Part shown: piece by piece, positions 8,036-16,917 of the stretch
Position numbering within the stretch: position 1 is the stretch's first letter
Layout of the letters: every line of letters begins with the position of its first letter
Notes under the pieces: model-generated
Databases searched by the model: none
What the model saw: only the letters and a program-made list of their open reading frames with translations
Told to the model about the DNA's origin: nothing
Made by a program: the position numbers and the translations under genes
Assembly (NCBI RefSeq): GCF_036967215.1
Contig: NZ_CP146016.1
Coordinates: 1,589,337-1,613,336 of the forward strand
DNA from: Sulfolobus tengchongensis
GTDB taxonomy: Archaea; Thermoproteota; Thermoprotei_A; Sulfolobales; Sulfolobaceae
Direction: 5' to 3'
DNA length: 24,000 bases

Positions 8036-8145
8036 GTGTTATATTGTTTTTCCTCTCGTATTAGGTTTTCTATCATAATACTTCTATAGAATATCAGACT
8101 ATTTTTCACTTGTTTTCCTAGTTATGACTACTTTTTGCTCCTTGT

Positions 8146-8272
8146 AAAAAAGGTGATATTCTCCTACACGGGGTTTTAACCCCATTTGTTAGATTATTGA
8201 GGGGATCGTGAGCCAGCCTTGTACACGGGGTTTTTAGCCCCTACTTCGCTTTTGGCTTATGTTGATTTTTTC
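8146..8272 (-). ncRNA. Candidate bridge RNA of the IS110-family element
   Basis: A TATA-like AGTATTATAAC lies on the minus strand (8295-8305) and a U6 tract at 8146-8151. There are two hairpin modules (8168-8183, 8225-8241). Each abuts a segment complementary to an insertion junction, and there is a basal stem AGCCA/TGGCT (8211-8215/8253-8257). Confidence 0.4.
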
Positions 8273-8347
8273 TTGAGTGCTTATTTGTTTTTCTGTTATA
8301 ATACTTGGAGTGTTAACCTTGGTGAATGCCTTGCGTGAAAAACGTAG

Positions 8348-9067
8348 GAGGACTTCAAAGTGAAAGAAGCAAGACTAGTCAAGAGAGGAGATGATTGGTA
8401 TCTTAACGTGACAATGAAAAAGAAAGTACAAGTAGAGAAGCAAGTTAAAGGGCTTATAGCTGTTGATATAAACATGGACTTCATCACGTTAGGTAATGAT
8501 AAACAAGTTATAGAAATTCCGACACGTCTAGATGATTCAGTGCATTATAAGAAACTTGCTGAGAATCTGCAGAGAAAATACCCCAAGAGGTGGAGGGAGA
8601 ATAAGAGAATTCTCGGTAGGATTAGGAGTTTTCATATAAAGGCGAGGAATATTGTGCAGGACTTTGCTAAGAAAGTGGGGAAGTGGGTAGTTGATGAAGC
8701 AAGGAGACTGGGTGCTAACTACATAGTCCTAGAGGATCTGAATAAGATGATTTCTCACGTGAAGGGGTTGAAGAAAAGCTATAGGGAGAAACTATATTTG
8801 ATGCAATACAGACGTGTTCAACAATGGGTTGAGTGGGAGGCTAAGAAACAAGGATTAAACGTAATATACGTTAAACCAGCGTATAGTTCAACTACTTGCC
8901 CTAAGTGTGGAGAGAAAATGGTTGAATCTGGGTATAGGATGCTTAAGTGTGGGAAATGTGGTTTTGAGGATCATCGTGATTATATAGCTGTGTATAATCT
9001 TTGTGCGAGGGGGTCTCTGACCCTCTTAAGTGCCCCTCAAATGAGAGATGTAATTCCGAATCGATGA
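8348..9067 (+). pseudogene. tnpB: tnpB C-terminal fragment (RuvC + zinc finger)
   Basis: [21 protein letters not shown]..., AVDINMD (RuvC-I), IVLEDLNKM (RuvC-II), CPKCG...CGKCG zinc finger, [10 protein letters not shown] (RuvC-III). Confidence 0.8.
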
Positions 9068-9125
9068 GGGGAATCCTCGCCATTTTGATGGCGGGGAGGA
9101 AGTCAGATGCTTCTCGTTTATATAA
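8950..9125 (+). ncRNA. Putative omega/reRNA region of the TnpB-only element (scaffold to ~9105 plus ~20-nt flank-derived guide)
   Basis: It overlaps the tnpB 3' end and RE, contains the hairpin at 9078-9093, and ends in a conserved GGGGAGGAAGTCA(G) shared with the second element. Extent is inferred by analogy with characterised TnpB systems. Confidence 0.4.
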
Positions 9126-9170
9126 CAAATGATGTTTACCCAAACCAAAAATATGAAATTTAAAATATGG

Positions 9171-10409
9171 TTATTGTGTCTCGATGAGTCTTTTAAGGTC
9201 GAAATTCTCATCTTGTAACGAGCTTTTCTTATTTGAAACGTCAATACCTAGCTCTATCATTTTATTGAGCACTTCTAACTCACTATAATCCCTATTTATT
9301 GCTACATAGCCTTTTACTGCTCCTCCTTTTAAGTATATTACATTAAAATTCGGATTATTAACGTCAAATTTTCCTCTAATTACGTATTCATCATATCCCA
9401 TTGTATCTCCAGCTGATTCTATATGCAGATCGAATATATCCGACCATATTGACGATATGAAGTTATATGACTCTTGACCTCCACTCATGTTTCTAGCTGA
9501 TAATTTTCCAGTATATTCTGCGTTGTTCCAATGTTCAATTCTCTTTCTTCTCTTCTCTCTAGGATCGTATATGTTTGCAACATCACCTGCTGCGTAAACG
9601 TCTTTTGCACTAGTTTGCAAATATTCATTTACTACGATTCCGTTATTAACTTCAATACCGCTGTTCTGGGCAATTTCAACATTTGGAATTATACCAACTG
9701 CTATTAAAACGAGGTCAGTTTCGATATTCTTACCACCTGAGGTTTTGGCTATTAATCTTCCGTTATTCTTCAATATTTCCTTTACGGATTCATTTAATAT
9801 GAATCTCACGCCTTTACCTTCAAAGTATTGTTGGATAAGTTTCGATATTTTTTCATCAACAAACGTATTCCAGATGTATGGTTTCACTTCAATTACCGTA
9901 GTTTTAACTCCCAGTGTAGTTAAACTAGACGCTACCTCAACTCCTATGAAACCTGCTCCAATAATTAAGGCTTCTTTAGCTCTACTAACGGCATTCTTTA
10001 ACTTATCAGCGTCATCCAAGCTTCTCAAATAATAAGCGTGCTCCTCACCGGGAATGTTTAACTTTCTTGGTCTACCACCAGTTGCGATCAAAGCTTTATT
10101 GAATTTTATTGTGGTACCATTCTTTAAAATAGCTTCCTTGTTCTTAGTATCTATTCTCTCTACCTCGCTGTTTAATTTAACTTCAACGTTATCTGCTTTG
10201 TAAAAGCTAGGATCTTCAAAGAACAGCTTATCGCGTGGCATTTCTCCTCTTAAATAATATTTAGATAGAGGAGGTCTATCATAAGGAAACTGTGAGTCGC
10301 TAGATACCATTATTATCTTCGCCTTGGGATTCACGTTCAATAATTCCTTTAATGCATTATACCCTGCTATTCCACTTCCTATAATTAGGTATTCATAGGA
10401 TTTCTCCAA
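9171..10409 (-). CDS. FAD-dependent pyridine nucleotide-disulfide oxidoreductase family, ferredoxin/rubredoxin-NAD(+) reductase (AIF-like) type
   Basis: [12 protein letters not shown] fold, [31 protein letters not shown] fold, AAGDVA, and a C-terminal reductase_C-like domain. No CxxxxC redox disulfide is present. Confidence 0.85.
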   Translation of the reverse strand: MEKSYEYLIIGSGIAGYNALKELLNVNPKAKIIMVSSDSQFPYDRPPLSKYYLRGEMPRDKLFFEDPSFYKADNVEVKLNSEVERIDTKNKEAILKNGTTIKFNKALIATGGRPRKLNIPGEEHAYYLRSLDDADKLKNAVSRAKEALIIGAGFIGVEVASSLTTLGVKTTVIEVKPYIWNTFVDEKISKLIQQYFEGKGVRFILNESVKEILKNNGRLIAKTSGGKNIETDLVLIAVGIIPNVEIAQNSGIEVNNGIVVNEYLQTSAKDVYAAGDVANIYDPREKRRKRIEHWNNAEYTGKLSARNMSGGQESYNFISSIWSDIFDLHIESAGDTMGYDEYVIRGKFDVNNPNFNVIYLKGGAVKGYVAINRDYSELEVLNKMIELGIDVSNKKSSLQDENFDLKRLIETQ

Positions 10410-10495
10410 TGGCTACACCATATTCCTTTTTGATCAATAAGCTATAAACTTTCGTTTCTAAGTTTACCTAAACGTTATTATTTTTGAATATCTAC

Positions 10496-10542
10496 GAATT
10501 CACAGTGCGAATTAGTTCAATTGCTAGAGGCAATAGTATGTA
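10496..10542 (+). repeat. Copy B of the 47-nt intergenic repeat (partner at 2723-2769)
   Basis: See copy A. It contains the local hairpin ATTGC-TAGAG-GCAAT. Confidence 0.7.
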
Positions 10543-10808
10543 AAGTCTCGTAGTATCGTGTTTTGGTATAAATCATTGATTAAAAATACATTTAACGATT
10601 TGAGGGAATTACGTAACGGAATTAAAATAAAATTAGTTAAAAGCGTTTGTCTGTACATACGATGCAGAGTTGTGATGCCATATTAAGGTTCCACGTTTTT
10701 GTTAATATTCTTAGCTTCATGAAGATAATAATTGCAGTTCGTAACATAATCTACGTTACTAACTTATTATGGGAAAGTTTTAATATTTAACAGATTCTAT
10801 TCTAACAT

Positions 10809-11204
10809 ATGCAAGATCCGGTATGTAAGATGGAAGTTGATAACACAACGAAATATAGGATAAACTATAAGGGTATAACATACTATTTCTGTTCACAAAA
10901 GTGCTTGGACGAATTCAAAAGTAACCCATTAAAGTATGTATCACCAGTGGATCTGAACAAAAAGATAGACATTAAAATAGTTTATTGTAGGCCTTGTAAA
11001 TTCATGGATAGGGCATTAAACTTAGCAAGGGATATATTGTCTTACTTTGAGGAAGCTAATGTGGAACTGGTGCAAGGGGATAAGGGAATATTTGACGTCT
11101 ATGTTAATGATGAGTTGGTGTTTTCAAGATATATAGAGAAAAGGTTCCCAGAGAGTGAAGAAATATTAAAAACTTTGAGTAATAAGTTACAACTTGCCAG
11201 CTAA
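10809..11204 (+). CDS. YHS-domain / Rdx (SelW/SelT/SelH-like CxxC) fusion protein
   Basis: The N-terminus DPVCKMEVD...[12 protein letters not shown] is a YHS/TRASH-type metal-binding motif. The C-terminus [11 protein letters not shown]...[15 protein letters not shown]...RFPESEEI follows the Rdx fold pattern with CxxC. Confidence 0.8.
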   Translation: MQDPVCKMEVDNTTKYRINYKGITYYFCSQKCLDEFKSNPLKYVSPVDLNKKIDIKIVYCRPCKFMDRALNLARDILSYFEEANVELVQGDKGIFDVYVNDELVFSRYIEKRFPESEEILKTLSNKLQLAS

Positions 11205-11450
11205 TCTTAGTATATCCATAATAATACTATCTATATTATTTATGTTACTATATCTCTTTTTTACATCCTCTATTGTCATTTTATTTTCGGTTAAATGCTT
11301 AACTAGTATATCGGTAGCTATTTTAGTTAAAGTTTCAATGCCTACCTCTTTATACTTATCCTTTAACTGTCTTACTGCTTCATCAACTGTGCAAGTCTTT
11401 ACATCAGTTGGTGTAGATAATCCCTTTAAATCCTTTAATTTCCAGCTCAT
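11187..11450 (-). CDS. Hypothetical small helical protein (87 aa)
   Basis: ORF only. Its 3' end overlaps the convergent YHS-Rdx gene by 18 nt. No motif recognised. Confidence 0.4.
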   Translation of the reverse strand: MSWKLKDLKGLSTPTDVKTCTVDEAVRQLKDKYKEVGIETLTKIATDILVKHLTENKMTIEDVKKRYSNINNIDSIIMDILRLAGKL

Positions 11451-12046
11451 ACAGCAATATTCTCTCCCTCATTTTTAAATATTAGCGTCTAAAATCTCCA
11501 TAAGAGAAAATACGGTGTATAATGATATCGTTAAATAGTGTTATGTCAATCCTTTAGAAATCTACTAATATAATGATACCTTTATGGAAAGACAAAGTTA
11601 AGAAGGTAAGGAATAGATAACTCATTATTGAGAAGGTACAATTAATATGTGCAAGAAATAAATTGATCCCGTCAAAAATCAACACAGTAGAGGTACTAAA
11701 TCATGAATTTGTATTAGGTGAGTTATAATAAGAACTAGAATGAATTAGTTTGTGGCGTATCTGAAAATTGAGATTCTTCTCTTAATCAGAACTATTCGTA
11801 GAATTAGCGTTAAGTATTCAAATGCTACGCACTATTAATGAATTAGAAAGACAAGCTCATTGTGTCACCATAAAGGTATAAAATAATTTTCTCAAAATTT
11901 TAAATACTATTTAGTAATTTTACAATATATATTATTTAGGACTATGCAAGGAAACTCCAATCCTTAAAATTTATACCTATCTGGCAACACTATGAGACAA
12001 CTGATAAATAAAGTTACTATAAATACAAAATTAAAAAAAACAGTTA

Positions 12047-12562
12047 TTAAATAATTCTCGCAGAATAGAGCAACATTATTATACCTGCTAAGATTGCTAG
12101 TCCATTTACACCAGGATTATTATATTTAAAGTGGGCTAAAGCATACCTAGCCCATCTTCCCTTCTTCTTCACGTAAATACCTCTTTCAGTGAATACGTCT
12201 AGCAACATATGCGATGGACCTACAATTAAACCATCTATTACTATGATAAAGAGTAGAGAGGTATCATAAATAAAATTATGACTCTCATAGTCATAAAATG
12301 CCAATAATGCTATTATTGGAGTTATAGATAATAAACCCCAGACAATGCTCCTAAACCATGTGTGCGTTAAAGGAGTTCTTACTGGAATATAACCATATCT
12401 AGTTATGATTTCTTTATGGCCTATCCTATCAATAAGTGTGTTTGCAATTACTGAGACTATGCCAGCAACTATTAATATATAGTAAAAATATTCGTGTGAT
12501 AAAATGGAGTCTACTAAAGCTAACAAACCTATTGAAAAAATGTAATGTGTTCTAAGTAGCAT
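12047..12562 (-). CDS. Small integral membrane protein (DUF1286 / YdjM-like membrane hydrolase-like)
   Basis: 171 aa with 4-5 TM helices and conserved-looking His residues (RIGHKE, LTHTW, PSHMLLD). Confidence 0.6.
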   Translation of the reverse strand: MLLRTHYIFSIGLLALVDSILSHEYFYYILIVAGIVSVIANTLIDRIGHKEIITRYGYIPVRTPLTHTWFRSIVWGLLSITPIIALLAFYDYESHNFIYDTSLLFIIVIDGLIVGPSHMLLDVFTERGIYVKKKGRWARYALAHFKYNNPGVNGLAILAGIIMLLYSARII

Positions 12563-12840
12563 GACTCATAAATTCTTTTATAACTTATAAACTTCACTAG
12601 AGAGTGTCCGGAATGAGAAAAATTCAGTGAATAATTATTTGAAATCTGTCTCGTTAACGAAAAACTGAATAATACTTAAGTTGGGCAAACTGATATCTAA
12701 GTTAGTCAATTTAACATTGGATCAAGGTAATAACTTGGAACATAGAGTTAATTTTATGCCATACATATATTAAAACAAGCTGAATTTTATACAATCTTGA
12801 CACTCTAACTAGTTTAGAGCACAATTTCTCTGATAGTTGG

Positions 12841-13929
12841 TCATCTATGGGGATTCCTTACTCCATCGAAATTAAATACCTCATTACCATTTTCTCTTAC
12901 TGCAATATCATCTCGTTTTATCAGTAAAATTTCGGGCTGAGCGATTATCATTAGGATTTCTCCTTCTTCTCCATACTTAACTACTTCCATTTCCTCGTTA
13001 ATAACCGAGAAATTCGTAAATGGAAGGCTAGGATAGTACACTATTCCTTTACTATCAACAAATCCTATTGACGATTTTCCCGCAAAATGACCATATGAGG
13101 GAATCACTACAATCTCCTTTTCTTTAGATACTTTCTCAATAGTTTTGTTATCCACTTCAGTTCCGGAAATTTTCAAGATCTCTATGTGCTTAAGCATATC
13201 CCCTGGGAACATGGAAATAGCCTCTTTAGAGAGAGTCATTAGCCCTACTCCTCCTCTCTTTTGAAGATAATTTATCGCAATTTCATATTTAGGCGCAATT
13301 CTTCTGTTCATCTCTTCTCTTGAAGCTAGTTTTAATCCTGTAGTATCAAAACCTAAGTCCACATATTTAAGTCCCAATAAGTTGGAAAGATACTCATGCT
13401 CCTTTTGAAAAGCTCCTACGGGTCCAAAAGCTAACAGCCTTTTACCGTTTCCTTGATATCCATTAACGTAAAATTGTATTCCAGAATATTCATTAACTGC
13501 AGATACTGCCAATGGGACTTCACTATGGTAAATTATTTTAGCTGGGCCAGTGGTTCCAGAGGATCCACTCCTATAGAGCTTTAGTTCACTTAATCCTTTA
13601 GGCTTGTAGTATTCTTCATAACCATTCTCCCTAGTTAACAACGAATAATCACTTTCCCCTAACATATTAATTAACTCTGTAACTGAACTTATTCCTTCAA
13701 TATCCTTAGCTTTTATATTTCTCTCTCTAGCTCTCTTAACCCAAAAAGGAGAACCTGTACTTTCGGAAATATTGAAGAGAACTATTTCTTTTAGCCATTC
13801 CTTATAGAATTCATTAACGTTCTTATTCCTTAAATTCTGTACTATGTAATTTACTAATTCCTTACTGTATTTATTATCGAAATCAAGTTTAGGTAATAAT
13901 TCTCTTATATTTTCCTCATACTTTGCCAT
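12841..13929 (-). CDS. ANL-superfamily adenylate-forming enzyme, PaaK/F390-synthetase-like, N-terminal domain only
   Basis: SGSSGTTGPAK (A3/P-loop-like motif), YGHFAG, and the hinge-like LLIKRDDIAVRENGNEVF. The ORF stops about 15 aa after the hinge. Confidence 0.65.
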   Translation of the reverse strand: MAKYEENIRELLPKLDFDNKYSKELVNYIVQNLRNKNVNEFYKEWLKEIVLFNISESTGSPFWVKRARERNIKAKDIEGISSVTELINMLGESDYSLLTRENGYEEYYKPKGLSELKLYRSGSSGTTGPAKIIYHSEVPLAVSAVNEYSGIQFYVNGYQGNGKRLLAFGPVGAFQKEHEYLSNLLGLKYVDLGFDTTGLKLASREEMNRRIAPKYEIAINYLQKRGGVGLMTLSKEAISMFPGDMLKHIEILKISGTEVDNKTIEKVSKEKEIVVIPSYGHFAGKSSIGFVDSKGIVYYPSLPFTNFSVINEEMEVVKYGEEGEILMIIAQPEILLIKRDDIAVRENGNEVFNFDGVRNPHR

Positions 13930-14341
13930 TTGGTCACCATTATAAAATTATTGGTTATCACAATATTCATATATATCTTAAAGTAGAATATGTTTGCAAT
14001 TTTTTAAATAACCTTTAAGGATAATGATAGTTACAGTAACCCTTAAATGAGTTTAAAGTAGCTTGCACTTACGTGATACCATAAGGTCCTTCCAAGAATA
14101 TTAAAGGACCAGAAATTGCAAGGGTAATGCTGATTAAGATGATAAAGAAAAACTTCAGACTGTTATATACCTATATTAAGACACTATGAATGATGGGTTT
14201 TTATCAATAAAGTTATGGAATCGTTTTTAGGGAGTACAATAGAGAAGCTTGCCCTACTTTTTATCAAATAACTCAAAGATATCTCAAAAAAGTCACCTTC
14301 TAATGTAATATTTTTTCTCATTTACGTAAAGTATTTATGAT

Positions 14342-15230
14342 TCATTGTCTTAACCATTTTTTTGCTGAAACTCTTAACCCTAATTTAGTTGGCATATCAT
14401 TGGGTAATGAATAAATCCCAAGTTTTACCTTGATAACGAATCCATAATTAATTAGAGTGTCAATTAACTCCTTTACTCTTCCCTCACTAACATTTTCCTT
14501 TAACAAAGTGGAAAGGTACGAGGTTATTTCTTTTAGCCTAGCTTTCCTCAATTCACTAAGAGAAAGAACAATACCAGCATATCTATAAGGTGAATTAGAA
14601 GTCTTCAAAAACCTTTGGAAATCTGAAGTAACTTGCTTAGATGCCTCCTTTACAATCTCCTTAATATCTGGGTTTAAGCCGTGTTTTAATGAGTACGTAT
14701 AACTTCTTCCAAAGTATGCCAGCCAACCCGGAATACCGTCAAAATATTTTACCGCTTTTTCTACTACATCTTTACTTATTTCAATTCCTTCTTCCTTAAA
14801 TCCTCTTATAAGGAACTCCTTAGATTTTTCCACCTCAAACCTATCGAGATAAATTCTGATAAAATTTCTTCCATAAAAAGGTTTTTCAGCCTCAACTTGC
14901 TTTAGAACTTCCTCCATAAGGCCTACAATACTCCCAGAAACTATAACGGTTGTATTATCACACCAATCAAATATATCATGAAGAAGTGAGGAATAATTTA
15001 ATTTCACTTTTTTATATACTGAAATTCGTCAAAGAATAGAACGAAAGTTCTTTTATTGTCCTTACTAATCCTATCAAATTCCTTAATTATCTCGATTATG
15101 TCATCACTTTCAATCTTTTTAAGTGTTAATCCTACCTTTATCCAGTTAGTTTCTAATAAGTCACTTTCATTTAAACCGAGTTTATTTGAAATAAGCCTTG
15201 CTACTTTTCCAAAGAATGTGTAACTTTTAA
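14342..15230 (-). pseudogene. Archaeal ATPase (Arch_ATPase/PF01637-like), middle and C-terminal parts; frameshifted
   Basis: 15230-15004 reads ...KSYTFFGKVARLISNKLG...VLFFDEFQYIKK* (Walker B DEF). It shifts frame in a 6-nt homopolymer run (15008-15013) into ORF 14342..15007 (KLNYSSLLHDIFDW...VIVSGS...). Confidence 0.75.
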
Positions 15231-15287
15231 TGACAAAAGAACGGACAAGCCTCGCCTCTCTGAGACAGGGTAACGCTTTTAATCTCT

Positions 15288-15305
15288 GAATACTTTAAAG
15301 TATTC
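15288..15305. repeat. Perfect 18-nt palindrome GAATACTTTAAAGTATTC abutting the tnpA start
   Basis: Read directly from the sequence. It is a candidate LE hairpin or tnpA operator. Confidence 0.6.
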
Positions 15306-15707
15306 GTGAAATACAAATCAACCAGGCATGTAAAATACCTATGCAATTACCATTTCGTATGGATACCAAAATACCGTAAAGCTGTACTAGAGCCCATAGC
15401 AGAGGAACTAAAACAAACACTCATAAACATTGCTGAAGAACTAGGATGCGACGTTTTAACCATCGAAATCATGCAAGACCACATACACCTTTTCGTCAAT
15501 TGCCCACCACGATATGCTCCCTCTTATTTAGCAAACTACTTCAAGGGCAAGTCCGCTAGACAAATCCTTAAGAAACACCCAGAACTCAAGATAAAAGACG
15601 GTCTGTGGACTAGAAACTACTTCGTTGCAACAGCTGGCAATGTAAGTACTGAGACGATCAAAAAGTACATTGAAAGCCAGAAAGTGAAAGAAGATGAAGA
15701 GGAGTAA
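15306..15707 (+). CDS. tnpA: IS200/IS605 TnpA (Y1 HUH transposase)
   Basis: YHFVWIPKYR, the HUH motif DHIHLFV, and the catalytic Tyr region RNYFVATAG. Length is 133 aa. Confidence 0.92.
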   Translation: MKYKSTRHVKYLCNYHFVWIPKYRKAVLEPIAEELKQTLINIAEELGCDVLTIEIMQDHIHLFVNCPPRYAPSYLANYFKGKSARQILKKHPELKIKDGLWTRNYFVATAGNVSTETIKKYIESQKVKEDEEE

Positions 15708-16917
15708 CATCGTTAGACTAGTAGTAGACAAAAAGACTAGAGAAACGCTTGAGAAACTCTCTGAAGTATACAAAGCTTGTTGGAATACTGTTAATTGGTT
15801 AAGAATGCAACAGTATAAGAATCATGAGAAAATAGACTTCAACACAACAGAAAAACAAGTTTATCAGCAATTTAAAGACAAGCTTAAGGTTAATACACAA
15901 CAAGTATCTAGGAAAAATGCTGAAACATGGAGATCCTTCTTCTCATTATCTCATGATAAAAAGGAAGGGAAGTTACCTAGGTGGTTTAAGCCAAGACCAC
16001 CAGGGTACTGGAAACAAGGGATAATACTCGCAAGAAATGATAGATATGTGATAGATGAAGACAGTAGAACGATATATCTCAAGGATTTCAAACTTTCATT
16101 AAAGTTCAGAGGAATGCTGAAATGGAAGGGTAAACAAGGTAGACTAGAAATTTTCGAAAGGAATGATAAATGGTATGCGATGATACCAGTAGAGGTCGAT
16201 TTCACACCGAAACAGCCTAAGGGCGATTTGAAAGCTTCAGTAGACTTAGGTATTGTTAATCTTGCCACTATCTATGTTGAAGATGGCTCTTGGTTCCTAT
16301 TCAAAGGAGGTAGTGTGTTGTCTAGGTATGAATATTATTCCAAGAGGATTGCAAGAGTTCAAAAGATCCTCTCTATTCATAAGCAAAGGAGGAGTGAGAG
16401 ACTCTCTCGCCTTTACGAGAAAAGGAGTAGATTTCTTAGACACGCTCTGAACTCCATGATTAGAAAGATAGTAGAAATCGCATATGAGAAAGGTGTTTCA
16501 GAGATTGTAATTGGTCATCCCAAAGACATTGCTAGGAACAGAGGAAATAAGCTAACTGTGAATTTCTGGAACTACTCTTATATTATACGTCGCTTTAGTG
16601 AGGTTACTGAAGAATACGGAATCAAAGTCAAAGAAGTAGATGAAGCATGGTCTTCTAAGACGTGCTCCCTATGTGGGGAGATTCATGAAAATGGTAGGGT
16701 TAAAAGGGGTTTGTTTAAGTGTCCCCACATAGGGGTAATAAATGCTGATTTAAACGGAGCAATGAACATTTTACATATTCCCGAGTCCCAAGGAAGTGGG
16801 AGTGGGGGGCAACTCCCACTGAGGGATAGGGGTAATGGGCTTAAGACTAAGCCCGTGGTCTACCGCTGGATGAATGGAGCGGGGTGGGGATTTTATCCTC
16901 TACCAGCAATGAAGTGA
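15694..16917 (+). CDS. tnpB: TnpB (OrfB) RNA-guided nuclease family
   Basis: Overlaps tnpA by 14 nt. SVDLGIVNLAT (RuvC-I), CSLCG...FKCPH zinc finger, INADLNGAMNI (RuvC-III). Length is 407 aa. Confidence 0.9.
   Translation: MKRSNIVRLVVDKKTRETLEKLSEVYKACWNTVNWLRMQQYKNHEKIDFNTTEKQVYQQFKDKLKVNTQQVSRKNAETWRSFFSLSHDKKEGKLPRWFKPRPPGYWKQGIILARNDRYVIDEDSRTIYLKDFKLSLKFRGMLKWKGKQGRLEIFERNDKWYAMIPVEVDFTPKQPKGDLKASVDLGIVNLATIYVEDGSWFLFKGGSVLSRYEYYSKRIARVQKILSIHKQRRSERLSRLYEKRSRFLRHALNSMIRKIVEIAYEKGVSEIVIGHPKDIARNRGNKLTVNFWNYSYIIRRFSEVTEEYGIKVKEVDEAWSSKTCSLCGEIHENGRVKRGLFKCPHIGVINADLNGAMNILHIPESQGSGSGGQLPLRDRGNGLKTKPVVYRWMNGAGWGFYPLPAMK

Larger units (their letters stand above)
6847..8347 (-). mobile_element. 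IS110-family insertion sequence (ISC1491-like, ~1.5 kb) nested in tnpB
   Basis: Bounded by the break in the tnpB frame; deleting 1501 nt restores the frame. It has a single DEDD/Ser recombinase gene, a 312-nt non-coding leader, and no obvious TIR or TSD, as is typical for IS110. Confidence 0.8.
6314..9105 (+). mobile_element. TnpB-only IS200/IS605-family element (IS1341/ISC1316-like, ~1.29 kb without the nested IS)
   Basis: The left end TTACAAAAATGCGGGCAGAAAGCTTCGCC resembles the left end of the element at 15231. The right end ...GGCGGGGAGGAAGTCA matches ...GACGGGGAGGAAGTCA at 16980-16995. A subterminal hairpin CGCCAT-TTTG-ATGGCG lies at 9078-9093. No tnpA is present. Confidence 0.7.

Noticed and set aside
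6895-8078. Five six-frame ORFs (6895..7134, 7001..7243, 7287..7820, 7540..7881, 7878..8078) overlapping the IS110 transposase gene, four of them on the opposite strand
   Set aside because: Low-complexity S/L/F-rich translations produced by the complement or an alternative frame of a purine-rich (E/K-rich) gene. The 6884..8035 minus-strand ORF has clear IS110 family motifs.
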